63,538 nucleotides of DNA, filler included, from Klebsormidium nitens (GCA_000708835.1; 5 parts of 5 records of this genome joined end to end with filler, not necessarily neighbours in it), one strand, 5' to 3'; positions 41,867 through 53,316 are shown, counted from the first letter of the whole stretch. Notes: generated by a model from the letters alone, not told the origin. Translations and numbers: made by a program.

Positions 41867-44800
41867 AAGCTGCTCGCTGAACGGGCAGAGGAAGAGGGTC
41901 TTCTTCGCCCTGGTGAGCATAGCAACCCTGTCTGAAAGCTCTGAAGTGTGCCTAGTTGAGAATGTTACGCACCACCACCAGCACAATCTCCTTGCATCCA
42001 GAACAATGCTGCAATTCTGCAAACAACTGGGCATGCGTTTTTTGTCCCCCTCCTTACCTGCTGCAAAGGTTTTCACCTCTCTGCTTGGAATCCTCATCAG
42101 GCTCCATCCAAAGTCCCACCTGACAGACTTGTCATCTCTGCAGGCCGGGAGCCACCTCTGGGCCGAGATGCCTTGACAAGCTGGTTTCAAGACTACCTGC
42201 GCTGGACCCTGGCCAATGCACCTCGCCTTGAGCTTCCGCCACAGCCAGGCCCGAACCAGTGGACAACTGCCCTGCGGGGGCTGTTGCGAGAGACCCCAGT
42301 ACTTCCGCTGGAGCCTGCAGACCCTCAGACGCTCGTGGGTCGAACCCTCTGGAAGCTGTTCTGGGAGGATCAGAAGTGGTGGCGGGGGCGTGTCATCGGC
42401 CACATGCAGAACAATGACGAAGGGGACTGGGGCCCACACTACAAGGTGCGTGGTTGTTTTGGTGTATGTGGGTCAGGAATGTTCACATCAAGCTTGCGCG
42501 GATATAGCAATGGAGGTGTACTTTCAGAATCTCACAGAATCTTGAGACCCCATCGATAGGAGGGACTTTGAAACACCTGTGCATTCTGGGATCTGTGCGT
42601 TTGCGCAAGGGGTATTCTGGGAAGATTGAGAAAGCCTTGTAGTTGACCGCATGCGTGTTCTGTCTTTGCCTGCAGGTCGAGTATCCTGGGGACAAGACAA
42701 CTGAGGACATGACTTGGCGCGACCTCTGCAACCGGCTAAATCCGCTTGAGGTATGGCTTGGCCTGTTCTGTCAGAAAGCTCTGCATCTCGTACCCAGACA
42801 TCTTTGCACCTACACTCCGTTCATTGCCTACCATGTCCCTTTGATATTCTCATTCTTGCCTCAGCCCTGGCTGTCTTCTGACGGACTTGTCTGCTTTCGC
42901 AGGACGTCGACCCATCGGACTGGGGCCCGCATCCCCGCGACTGGTCCCCACCGGACTGGCATGTCAAGATGGACGCGCCCTCTGCCCCTGCCAAGTCGGA
43001 CGTCCTCGCAGATCACCATCAAAAGCCCTGGGCCACCTGCCTAATCTGCAAGGAGTTCCCGGAGGCTCTGTACATTGACTGCAGGGAGGCGCACATGAAG
43101 CGCAAGTACAAAGACCCCCATACCGGGGAGAACGTGAACCTCCTTCCAATCACTTACCCCTTCCACGACAGGGTCGCAGCATACAACGTCAACCCCTACA
43201 AAGCAGGTTGCTGCTGTGAGAGGCCAAACCAGATGAGCAACAACAGCTCCATCGTGGGTGCTCCAAAGCTTGTAGCACGCGCGCAGCTGCGGAAGCTCCT
43301 GAAGCGGTGGAGCGGACACATCCCGGTATCGATGAAGTACGAGCGGGGGAAGAAGGAAGCAGTGCCTATCCCTGTCCCTGATGCCCAGCCTGAGCCTCTT
43401 AGTGCGGCAGAACGCAAGGTGCGTCACATTTGTTCCCCTTCCCTCTTTGCAGCAACCCCCTTCTTGCTATTCAGAAAGTAGAGTTTAACTTGCACTCATT
43501 TTGCACATTTGCTAGCACTTGTCAAGCTCGCTCGAAGAACACCGCTTTGCCCGATTTTGTCTCTCCCGCGTCTTTCCAAGTCCGATTCTCTGTCAGCTTT
43601 TCGTGCTCCCTCGCTTCTCGGGTCAGTGCATGCTCTTGCACTCAGGTTGACAATATTCTATATGGATTTTGTAGACGCTCGGCACTCTCGCCCCGTGCGT
43701 CTACAAACTCGTCAACTACATCGACCCCAACCATGCAAGCCTGTGCCCCAACCCTGCGTACCGGAAGCTGTTCTACCACCTGGGCTTCATGCACAGCGAC
43801 GCCGAGCTCCTCAGGCACGGGGCTCAGGACACGGTCGTGCAGATCTTGACGACTCTCAAGCTGTCCAAGGGGGCTCCGTTCATCGAGATTGAGTGCGAGT
43901 GGGATCAGGCCCTGCACACATATGCCCCATGCCTGCAGGCCGTCCTGCTCAGCGGCAAGGCCCCTGACCGCCATCAGGCGCGCAAGGGGTTCCGGAAGTC
44001 CGGGAGCACGTGGAAGTCGGGGGAGAAGCGGCAGGGCACCGGCTACAATGTAAAAGCAGAGCTGCTGTACGCCATCGCCCCGCTGCTCCAGCACCTGCTG
44101 CGCCTCTCATTCTGGGAGACGGACTACATCGCGAACCACCAAGCGTCCGCGCTGCTGTGCGAGGCCCTGGGGGTGGAGAGGGGCGAGATCTGCTGGGGGT
44201 GTCTCCCTGGGGATCGCGGGTCGCAGCGGGTGGGGAAGGACGTCTACTTCGACAGGGTGCCGGAGCTGGTCGACGAGATCCGGGAGCTGATGTCGGGGCC
44301 GTGCCGGGGCACCTCGGACGGGATCCTCGCCGGGGAGGCCTACGTTGCCAATCAGCACCGGCTCAGCTCCAGCAACGTCTACCACCGGGTGTTCCGCGAC
44401 GTCCCGCAATAAGCAGGGAAGGATAAACCTAACGGGAAATGCGTCAGTGGTGAGCGGGACGTCAAGTGCAACGAGGAGACCGACGATGGCTGTCCAGACC
44501 TGGAGATGGCGAAGAAGGGGGCCAAGAAGGGGGGCAAGAAGGTTCGGTGTCAGGTAAGATACAGCGCCGTGCAGGTGCGCGGTTGAGTTGCACCGCACTG
44601 CCCTTCCTGCTGCAACTCTTGACCGCTTCCTACCGGACAAGCATGCTGAGTGTGACAAGCGTCCTCCCACCTTGCAGAAAGCTGAGAGAAGCGACACGGA
44701 TGGGGTGATGATCGTCACGTGCAAGCACCTCTTCATCTACTACTACCACGTTCTCCTTCGACACGAGTCTCTGCGCGACGTCTTCACCTTCCTCGTCACC

Positions 44801-45097
44801 CGCTTCGAGCACCGGCCTCCCAAATTCATCATCTACGACAAAGCTTGCGAGCTTGCTCGCTATTGCAGAGCGGTAAGGCTGGCAACTGCTTGTGCCAGGT
44901 GTGTTTTGCCTCGCAGCAAAGCTTCTCGCACGAGACTTCTTTTTCCGCAATCACGAGGCACGTTCAGTGTGTGTTGATACGCTCTCGACATAATGCAGCG
45001 CTGGCCAGAGTTCTTCGCTCGCACGATGTTCCTGACGGACATCTTCCACGGTGTCACCCACAAGTGCTCTGACGAATTCAAGTACCATGCACTGTGA
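41867..45097 (+). mobile_element. Spliced KDZ (Kyakuja-Dileera-Zisupton)-type transposase gene with an N-terminal Tudor domain; nonsense codon at 44410-44412
   Basis: Exons ~41867-41912, 42144-42445, 42676-42750, 42903-43418, 43675-44541, 44642-44872 and 44999-45097 join in phase. Tudor: LVGRTLWKLFWEDQKWWRGRVIG...YKVEYPGD. KDZ core: CDK...TDGVMIVTCKH...HESLRDVF..L.TRF...PKFIIYDKACELARYC|RWPEFFARTMFLTDIFHGVTHKCS. Confidence 0.82.
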
Positions 45098-45200
45098 CGG
45101 NNNNNNNNNNNNNNNNNNNNNNNNNNNNNNNNNNNNNNNNNNNNTTAATTAATTAANNNNNNNNNNNNNNNNNNNNNNNNNNNNNNNNNNNNNNNNNNNN

Positions 45201-48200
45201 GATCTGTTCGCGGAGCGCCCGTTCTTTCTCTGCCCCTTTCCTGAGCCGCTCGGCGTCCGCAGCGCGCGCCCCCTCGTACTCTGCTTCCATCACCTTCGCC
45301 AATTCCCGCGTCCACATCTCGTGGTCCCGGTACATCCTATTCCACTCTTCGCTACCTCCTCGGCGGAACTTTCTCTCGCTGCCCGGCAGTCCGCGAGGGA
45401 CGCCTCCAACCCACGCACGCGCTCTGCGTTGCCGGCACCGGCCCCTGCATATAGGCATGTCTTCAGATCGTCGCTGACTCTCTTCAGGGACGCGTCGGCC
45501 TCCCCGAGCCGACCTGCGGTCTCTCGCAGCCGTCCCTCGCTTTCGAGCATATCGGCCTCGCTCTTCTTCAGGAGGTTCTCGAGCTTTGTCTTCTGCGTGG
45601 TGAGGTCGGTGAGCTGCTGGCCTCCGTTCGCCAGGCGTCGTGATGCCGTGTCGACGAGGCTCTCGACCGTCTGCGCGGGATCGACTCCGAGCGCTCTTGT
45701 CAGACGGCCTCTGAGGCGCGCCGCGCCCGCCGTCGTGCGGGACGTGACGGCGCGTAGCTGCGTCAGCATGAGAGGGACGGGGCCCGGGTCCTGGGGGGGA
45801 ACGGACGGCGTGTCTTCGAAAAGTATCCGCGCGGCGCTCTCCAGGTCGCCCGAGATCCGGACGATCCCGTCCGACACCGCCACGACATGTTGCATGGCTA
45901 TCGAGGCCGTCTGCGTCGTCAACGTCGGCGGCTGGACGGCTCTCGAAACGGTGGCCTGCAGATACTCAACGACCTGCCTCGCATCGTGGTACGAGTTCCG
46001 GCGTCGTTTCAGGAGCTCCACCGTTGACTTGGTATCTAGCTTCTCCGGCGCACCGTATCCCATGGCCACATCCCCGTCGAGCTCGCGGAGCAGCGCGGTC
46101 GCGTCCGCCACGTCGTTCTGGCCCGTCTCGATCAGCAGTGCGTTGACGTGCGCCTCCGCATCCGCCGCGGTCCGCATGTCGGTGCCGCAGACGAGCCTGA
46201 CGAGCCCCGGGCACTCCAGGGCGACGGGCGCCCCCCCGCGCGCGTTCAGGACCTGGGGCGTGAGCGTCAAAAGCGTCGTCTCGGTCGAGAGCGGCGTGGC
46301 GGCGTCTCCCTTTCCGAGGTGGGTGAGACATTGCCCCCGGACGTTCCGGACGAACTCGAGGAGGAACCTTACATCTCCGGGGATTACACAGTCGTTGAAC
46401 TCCCAGGTGGGTTCCCTCACATACAGGGTGTTTCTGAGGTCCACCAGGTCGCGGTCCGAGCCGTGGGCCATGCCGGCGCAGAGCTCCAACTTTGCGGCCA
46501 GATCCTCGCAGCGTCTCTTGAAACCATCACCGTCCCCCACCTTCGACCGTATGTGCTCTTTCAGGGCCGGGATGGCGGCCCGGACCAACACCCCTCGCGC
46601 ATCGAACGCCTCCCCGATCTTCTCGAGCACGCCCCCGGATGCCAGGAACCGGACGGAGTTCGTCCGCAGGAACCGGATGGCGCAGTCGGCATCGCGTTCG
46701 TCCCTGGAGCAGCTGGTCTTATCGAAGCCGTAGGTCCCCAAATTTCTCAAGATCTCATCTATGCCCTCGACCAGCTTCCCGTGATCGTGCACGATCTCGT
46801 CGATCGATTTCAGCCCGGTTCCGGCGTAGAGGTGCTCCATCCGTCGAATCGCGTCCTGAGGGCCGACCGCGGCCGGTGCCGGCACGTTCGCGCNNNNNNN
46901 NNNNNNNNNNNNNNNNNNNNNNNNNNNNNNNNNNNNNNNNNNNNNNNNNNNNNNNNNNNNNNNNNNNNNNNNNNNNNNNNNNNNNNNNNNNNNNNNNNNN
47001 NNNNNNNNNNNNNNNNNNNNNNNNNNNNNNNNNNNNNNNNNNNNNNNNNNNNNNNNNNNNNNNNNNNNNNNNNNNNNNNNNNNNNNNNNNNNNNNNNNNN
47101 NNNNNNNNNNNNNNNNNNNNNNNNNNNNNNNNNNNNNNNNNNNNNNNNNNNNNNNNNNNNNNNNNNNNNNNNNNNNNNNNNNNNNNNNNNNNNNNNNNNN
47201 NNNNNNNNNNNNNNNNNNNNNNNNNNNNNNNNNNNNNNNNNNNNNNNNNNNNNNNNNNNNNNNNNNNNNNNNNNNNNNNNNNNNNNNNNNNNNNNNNNNN
47301 NNNNNNNNNNNNNNNNNNNNNNNNNNNNNNNNNNNNNNNNNNNNNNNNNNNNNNNNNNNNNNNNNNNNNNNNNNNNNNNNNNNNNNNNNNAGCAGCTGGT
47401 CTTATCGAAGCCGTAGGTCCCCAAATTTCTCAAGATCTCATCTATGCCCTCGACCAGCTTCCCGTGATCGTGCACGATCTCGTCGATCGATTTCAGCCCG
47501 GTTCCGGCGTAGAGGTGCTCCATCCGTCGAATCGCGTCCTGAGGGCCGACCGCGGCCGGTGCCGGCACGTTCGCGCAGACGAGGGCGACGACCCGCCTGT
47601 TCGCTTCCTCGCCTCTCTCGACCGCCTCTACGAGCTGCGGGAGCGTCGTGGCGGCGACTAACGTGGCGCGTCGGAGACGTTTCGCGTTGGTGTCGATCGC
47701 TTCGACGATCTCAGAGGCGAGTCCACTCCAATCGAGACGCGCGGAGGCGCCGTCGTCCGGGACCAGCCGGGAACGGGCGGTGGCCAACTTTCGGTGGAAG
47801 TCCTCGGACCAGGTGCGGAATTGCCGAAGTAGCTTCGATAGCCGCTCGCGACTTCCCGGTGCGGTCAGTAGGATTCTGTGGGCCGCGGTGGGGTCGGGTG
47901 CACCCGAGGAATCGAACAGCTCGTACAGACCGCTCCTCTCCTCGTCCGCCGCGCGTGCCCAATTCCGGAAGAGCTGTGCCGTCATGGGCAGAACTCGTGC
48001 GATGTTCCCGTCGATTCGCTCTCGTGCCTTGGATGTCCACGCCGTAGTGTGCATCTCGACGCCCAATTCGACGTCTTCCTGGGCGCTGACGCCGTCGGGG
48101 GCCGCAGGCGGAGGAGGTCCCGTCGGTGGGGGCACGCGCATCAGCTTATCGTAAGCGCCGACGAACGCATCGTACTCCTCGTCGCCCAGCAGTCCTCTGA

Positions 48201-49908
48201 ACAAGTTTTCTCTGGCCTTGGCGTCGTTCAGGAGGGCCTCGGGCCCCGCGGAGGGAAGCTTGATGACGCCTTCCGTGTACAGGCGGCATTGCTCGTCCAG
48301 AGCACGGATGGATGCCAGGAGGGCGTCAAGGCCCGTCCCGCGTGCGGCGTTCGAAGCGAGTTTCAGCTGGGCGGACCGCGTTAATCCCTCCCGCAGGCGC
48401 TGGACCCGCTGGTGGGCTTCGGACGGGGCCGGAGCGGGGCCCGTGAGGAGGCCGATGGCGCTCACGAGCTGATCCTTGGTCCGGATGCCGTCGTGCAGCG
48501 GCGCGAGCTTGTTCGTGATCTCGTCGAACCACTCGCGGACGTATGGGTCCTTTTCCTGGAGAACCGCACGAGTTTGGCTGACTTGTTCAGTGCGCGCGGC
48601 CGAGTCCTCCCCTATGAGTAAGGAACCAGGATTGCAGACAATGTCGGCCAACCGGTAGAACCGACACGCTTGCCGGGTGCGCACATAGAACCAACTCAGT
48701 AAGTCGTCGTGAGGGGTACGCGCGGCTTCAATCTCTGCGGTCACCGCCTCTACGCTCTCACAGAACGCCTTGAGGTCCTTCCGGGCGGGATCGGTGTTCG
48801 ATGAGCGCTCCATCGCCTGCTGAGTATCTTCGAACACCTTACGGACGGACCTGTGCAACGGAGCGCTCGACCGCAGATGTCCGACCACCAAATTGAGAGC
48901 CGCCGCGCCATCTGCACCGAGATCCGTATTCAATGCCTCTCGAGGCTCGAGGGTCGCCATGAGGGCCTCCGGCCCGTCCGGCGTGGCCAGGGCGACGAGG
49001 CGGTAACGCTCCCGCTGCCTCGCGACCGCTCCGACCGACGCGACGAGGCTGCTCGCCTCCGGGGAGAGATCCTTTCTATCGAGGAGCGAGTCGAGGCCGG
49101 TCATCAGGACGTCCGCACGGACGTGGGCCGGCCGATCGGCGTACGCGTTCGCCCCGGTGCCTCCAATCAACGCCGCGATCACGTGGTCGGTGTCGATGAT
49201 CTTCTTGAGGAAGTCACACGTTTTTGTGACCCGCTGATCGTGCTGTCCCGGCCGGCACACGCGTTCCAATAGCCCTCGGGCGCGCTCGGGAAGGCCGGCG
49301 AGGTCGCCGTCGATCAGATCCGTCAACATCGTTCCGGCGTCTTGCGCCTGGGGTTGCTGCGGGCATACCGCCCACATCGTCCGCAGGAAGGCGCCCAGAT
49401 CGACCCGATGCCCTTCGGCGAGCTTCGCGAGGGCTTCGTTCGCGGTGCGGTAGACGGTGACGAGGCCGACCGCGTCGGGCCTGTTCTGCGCGCTGTTTGC
49501 CAGGACTCGCAGCGCGTCGCACGCTCCCCTAGGCCACTCGGTCACGACATTGAAGAGGTCCGTGAGGTACCCGAGCGCGATCTTGCACGAATCCAGTTCA
49601 TCGTGGCACCTGGCGCTCTCCTCGTTGAGCTCCATCTCGTCGTCAGCCCGGAACGCCGACGACAGCTGGTCCCGGAATCCGTCGAGGTCGAATCCCTGGG
49701 GGTCTTTGATGGCGGTCCTCGCTTCTTCGTACTTTCGTCGGAGGTCCACGACCTCGGGCGTGAGGGGTCCGTTCGACAGGGCTCGCAGCGCCTCCTTCAG
49801 CCCGCCCGAGAACCCGACAAGAGCCCCGAGCAATCGGACGAGCGCCTTCGTGGTTTCCTCAACGGATGCCGCGGCCTCGGCGGCTTCGCGCCGTTCCTTG
49901 TTCGCCAT
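45201..49908 (-). pseudogene. Very large Ala/Leu-rich helical/coiled-coil protein (>1,310 aa once reassembled), frameshifted near the 3' end
   Basis: The two track ORFs overlap in an exactly duplicated 186 bp, so they are one gene. At ~45347 the coiled-coil-like sequence continues in another frame (EWNRMYRDHEMWTRELAKVMEAEYE...) into the gap. Start may be 49908 or 50010. Confidence 0.7.
46708..47576. other. Assembly artefact: 46708-46893 is identical to 47391-47576 across a 497-N gap
   Basis: Exact 186-bp duplication at the two gap edges indicates overlapping contigs (a negative gap). Confidence 0.85.
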
Positions 49909-50202
49909 GCTGATCGCGTGGAATAGACGATGAGCGAGATTGGAGGGAGCCCCGTTGCCGGGCGGGATGATTTCCGTCAACTTCTCGCTCAGACGCACAG
50001 CATTATCCATCCACAACTCTCCCACTCTCTTCTGCTGTACTCCGGGCACCTCGAACCGATGGTGCAATTTGTTTGCTCGATTCGCCCAGTGCGGCGGCGC
50101 CATGACTACATCTACCCGGAGATAAATGTCCCTCATAGTCGCGTCCCACCGCGACCCCGCATAAGGAAGCACCCGGGGGTCCCCGGAGGCACGCTCGACG
50201 GG

Positions 50203-50694
50203 ATGGCCCTCACGGTGCGCGCGTGCTTCTCCGCGCCGATCGCATGCGGGCTGCGTCCCTCCTCGCGTGCGAATAACCGCCGGGTGTACGTGCTGCGCGA
50301 CGAGACGGCGTTCGTGGGGGTGCCCGGCACCGGGGCCGGCGGCCCTCAGACTCATCTGCTGGCCTTCTCCGAGCGGGCCGACGCGGAGCAGACCCTGCGC
50401 GAGATCCACGAGTTTCGAGATGCGGAAGGACGGTGGCCCTCGGTGAGCGAGCTTCCCAGCCGCCTGGATGCGTCGAAGGGGGAGGAGCATCGGGAGGATG
50501 ACGGAGGGGTCACGCAGGTCTCCCTGCACGAGCTGGACGCGGAGGACGTCCCGCTGAAGGTCCTGAAGGACTACGCGCACGCCCGGGGGCTCGCCGTGGA
50601 GGTGGTGGAGAAGCGGAGGGCGATGATGAGCCGCCCGCGCCCGACTTACAAGCAGTACAAGCCCTACCTCGAGAAGCTCGTGCAGATCCCGTAG
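50203..50694 (+). CDS. Conserved green-algal-virus-type hypothetical protein (163 aa)
   Basis: LLAFSERADAEQTLREIHEFRDAEGRWP resembles a pattern I recall from prasinovirus hypothetical proteins. N-terminus MALTVRACFSAPIACGLRPSSRA is transit-peptide-like. Confidence 0.55.
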   Translation: MALTVRACFSAPIACGLRPSSRANNRRVYVLRDETAFVGVPGTGAGGPQTHLLAFSERADAEQTLREIHEFRDAEGRWPSVSELPSRLDASKGEEHREDDGGVTQVSLHELDAEDVPLKVLKDYAHARGLAVEVVEKRRAMMSRPRPTYKQYKPYLEKLVQIP

Positions 50695-50749
50695 GGAGGG
50701 AGGCGCGTCCGGCTCCGAACATTGCGCGGCGCTTACGGTATCGGGTGCC

Positions 50750-52000
50750 ATGGCTTCGGCGGGTCCCAGCACCGGCACGCTCCTGCAGCTGCGGCTCGCC
50801 GGCCTCGAGGATAGACACCTCTGGATAGACCCGCAGGCGACGCTCTTCGGCCCCGCCAAGCCGGCGGATCACAGGCCCTTCTCGGCGACGGTCATGGAGT
50901 GCCTCTTCGAGAGTCAGCCGCTGCCCGCCTCGCGCGCCACGACGGGCCTGGCTTCCGCGTGCGCCCTCCGCAAGTCCGGGTCGCACGTGGGCATGATGCA
51001 CCTGGAGATACGCCTCCCTCTCGCGGACCCGGCGAGCGGGGCCCCCATCCGGTACCGTCCCCGTCTCGGCGCCTTCATCGTCGAGACGGCGAGGCTGACG
51101 TCGTCCGGGCGGGAGCTGGAGCGCCTGAGCGGGGCGGCCATGCGGTGGTACTTCGAGACGGTGGACCCCAAGTTGCGCACGGACGCCCGGGCCCGCGCGG
51201 CGCTGTTCTCGGCGACAACCGTGGGGGCCGAGGTGCTCGTCCTGGTCCCCCTCCCCTTCTTCTTCGGCAGGAGCGCGGTCGGGGAGAAGCTGCCGGTGCG
51301 CGGGAACGACGTCGTGCTCGAGGTGACCCTCGCGTCGCCGGACGCCTGCACCGAGGCGGGGAGCGGGGCGCCGCCCGAGATCGTCCCGACCTCCACCAAG
51401 GTCGTCTTCGACTCCTACGCGTCCGGGGATCCCGGCAGCCCGCAGCTGATCACGCAGATGCTGTCCCAGGTGGAGCCCGTCAAGGCGGACGCCCTCTCGT
51501 CGCAGTCCGTGCATCTGAACTTCAACCAGCCGGTGAGGCGGATCGGCTGGTTCTTGGAGGACGCGAGGGGGGACGTCGTCGATTCGGCGATCCGGGCGTG
51601 CGGCATCTCGCTGAACGGCGTGAGCTACACGCAACGGTCCTCCCCGGACGGGCTCAGGGACGAGAGCTACTTCAGGCTCCTGAACCCGTTGTTCCACGGC
51701 GGCATGCCGCGACGGGGGTACTACTCCTTCGCGTTCGCCCTGGATGCCTCCGACGGGCTGGAAGCAGTGGGCGACCTGGCGGGGCGGACGGGGCCGATCC
51801 TGTACCCGCTGGGGCCCGACCCGGCCACCCCGCCGGAGCTGGTGCGGCAGCCCAACGGCGCCCTGGACCTGTCCGGGTTCACGGTCATGCTGAACCTCAA
51901 GTACGTGGACCCGTCGGTGACGCTGCGGGGCTACCGGCTGGTGGTGGTGGCGGAGGGCTACGACGTGCTCTCGGAGCGCCTCGAGCTCTCGCACATATAA
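50750..52000 (+). CDS. Divergent NCLDV major-capsid-protein (double jelly-roll) paralogue
   Basis: N-terminal GTLLQLRLAGLEDRHLWIDPQATLF matches MCP [25 protein letters not shown]. C-terminal LNFNQPVRRIGW, SLNG, GYYSFAFAL, QPNGALDLS and VVAEGYDVL match the MCP C-terminal motifs. Confidence 0.88.
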   Translation: MASAGPSTGTLLQLRLAGLEDRHLWIDPQATLFGPAKPADHRPFSATVMECLFESQPLPASRATTGLASACALRKSGSHVGMMHLEIRLPLADPASGAPIRYRPRLGAFIVETARLTSSGRELERLSGAAMRWYFETVDPKLRTDARARAALFSATTVGAEVLVLVPLPFFFGRSAVGEKLPVRGNDVVLEVTLASPDACTEAGSGAPPEIVPTSTKVVFDSYASGDPGSPQLITQMLSQVEPVKADALSSQSVHLNFNQPVRRIGWFLEDARGDVVDSAIRACGISLNGVSYTQRSSPDGLRDESYFRLLNPLFHGGMPRRGYYSFAFALDASDGLEAVGDLAGRTGPILYPLGPDPATPPELVRQPNGALDLSGFTVMLNLKYVDPSVTLRGYRLVVVAEGYDVLSERLELSHI

Positions 52001-52038
52001 GAGAGGGCCGGGCGGCGCTTCGGGGGCAAGCGGCGGAC

Positions 52039-52935
52039 ATGGACGCCCTGAACGCCCCCCTCCTGGTGGAACTCCTGGACGTCCATTCGAACATCGATGC
52101 CACGACGTTGAGCGCGCTGGCCTGCACGTCAAAGTCCTTCGAGGCGGCCGTGTCCCTGGTCTGGCCGGACAGGGAGCGAGCGTACGAGGAGAGTAGAAAC
52201 GGGGCGAACGTGCCGAGGGGGGAGTCCCTCCCGCTCCCGATGGACCACGACGTCCGCCTGTTTCCGGACGCGAAGACTGCGTGCACGTACGAGCTGCTCG
52301 AGCGGGCAGAGGGAAAGCCCCTCGTCGTGCTGGAGATGGATTCCGATGAATCGGAGAGGACTCGCCGCAACGCATTGATGCCGGGCGAGCTGGCCAAGCG
52401 GGATTACTTCCTGGACACGGCGGACCTGAGGTTGCTCCGACCGTTCAGGGACGGGAAGGGGCCGCGCTGGTTTCGGTTCGAAGACGTCCTGAGCGCGGCG
52501 ATGCTCCGTCACGGCAGGAGACGGCTGGCGGACATGATGGTCGCCCGCGCGACCAAGCGCGGACGCACCCACCGGCGACAGGGGGAACGTTGGAGGGCGG
52601 TGTGGTCCTTGTCCGACCGCCTCCTGTTGCCGGGTGAAATCAGTACGAGCGTCGTGCGCACGTACGCCGAGGACTACGTCCGGGCGGGGCGGGGTGGCAT
52701 CCGCGGCTTGAGGAATCGGCTCATCATGCAAATCATGTTCTCGTCCCGAGTCCATACGCGCGCTACTCCGTTCGAACTCCGTGGGCCGCTGTTTCCGCCG
52801 GATCTGGGGCCGCTCGAGCGGAATGCGATCGAGCGCTTGCAGATCGCGTCTGTGATGACGGAGGACGAGGCACTCATCGAGCATGCGATTGACGTCGTCG
52901 CGCGGATGCGTCGGGCGGCCTTTGGTGTCACATAA
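52039..52935 (+). CDS. F-box-like N-terminus plus XPA-C-like domain protein
   Basis: N-terminal LLVELL...IDATTLSALACTSKSF is F-box-like. AKRDYFLDTADL...WFRFEDVLSAAMLRHG resembles the XPA C-terminal Ak..YlL...dL...LY....V...A...wG pattern. Confidence 0.6.
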   Translation: MDALNAPLLVELLDVHSNIDATTLSALACTSKSFEAAVSLVWPDRERAYEESRNGANVPRGESLPLPMDHDVRLFPDAKTACTYELLERAEGKPLVVLEMDSDESERTRRNALMPGELAKRDYFLDTADLRLLRPFRDGKGPRWFRFEDVLSAAMLRHGRRRLADMMVARATKRGRTHRRQGERWRAVWSLSDRLLLPGEISTSVVRTYAEDYVRAGRGGIRGLRNRLIMQIMFSSRVHTRATPFELRGPLFPPDLGPLERNAIERLQIASVMTEDEALIEHAIDVVARMRRAAFGVT

Positions 52936-52950
52936 GGAAGGGGAGGGGCG

Positions 52951-53253
52951 TCACCGCAGGAAGGAGAGCAGGATCAGGAGCAGCCCGAGGGAGCCTACGC
53001 CGATGCAGATCATTCCCAGGTTCTTCCCTCGAGGATCGTCTCCGGAGCCTCCATCGAAGCGTTCCTCCAGGACGTAGTCGCCCATCTCGTCCGCCTTGTC
53101 GTCATTCTCGTCGGCGTACCTGACGTAAGCCGTCGCCAGGGCCTTCCTCGCCGCCACCCGCTGCAGCCATTCTATCCTGTTGGAGACGGCGTTCGCGTAC
53201 AGCTTCTTCCCCCACCTGCGCTCGGCGACCCACTCCGTCGGAGGCAGGCTCAT
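52951..53253 (-). CDS. Small protein with a C-terminal TM helix
   Basis: 100-aa ORF ending MICIGVGSLGLLLILLSFLR. Confidence 0.5.
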   Translation of the reverse strand: MSLPPTEWVAERRWGKKLYANAVSNRIEWLQRVAARKALATAYVRYADENDDKADEMGDYVLEERFDGGSGDDPRGKNLGMICIGVGSLGLLLILLSFLR

Positions 53254-53316
53254 CGTTCGTACAAGCTCCCACGAATTTTCATGGAGGGACGGCGAGAGCC
53301 GGCTCCTATGCGGGGC

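Noticed and set aside
46708-47576. Biological tandem duplication inside the giant gene
   Set aside because: Perfect identity exactly at both gap edges is the signature of unmerged overlapping contigs.
46810-50859. 1,349-aa ORF as given in the track
   Set aside because: Its N-terminal ~280 aa are the antisense shadow of two plus-strand genes and its end crosses a gap; the real gene starts at ~49908-50010 and joins the 45290-46885 ORF.
50510-52375. 621-aa minus-strand ORF and the first 380 aa of the 50899-52935 ORF
   Set aside because: Arg/Pro/Gly-rich shadow frames of the GC-rich MCP-like gene. The same reasoning applies to 61708-63063, 61497-62342, 45321-46733, 5303-6517, 54115-55011, 132-893 and 23244-24131.
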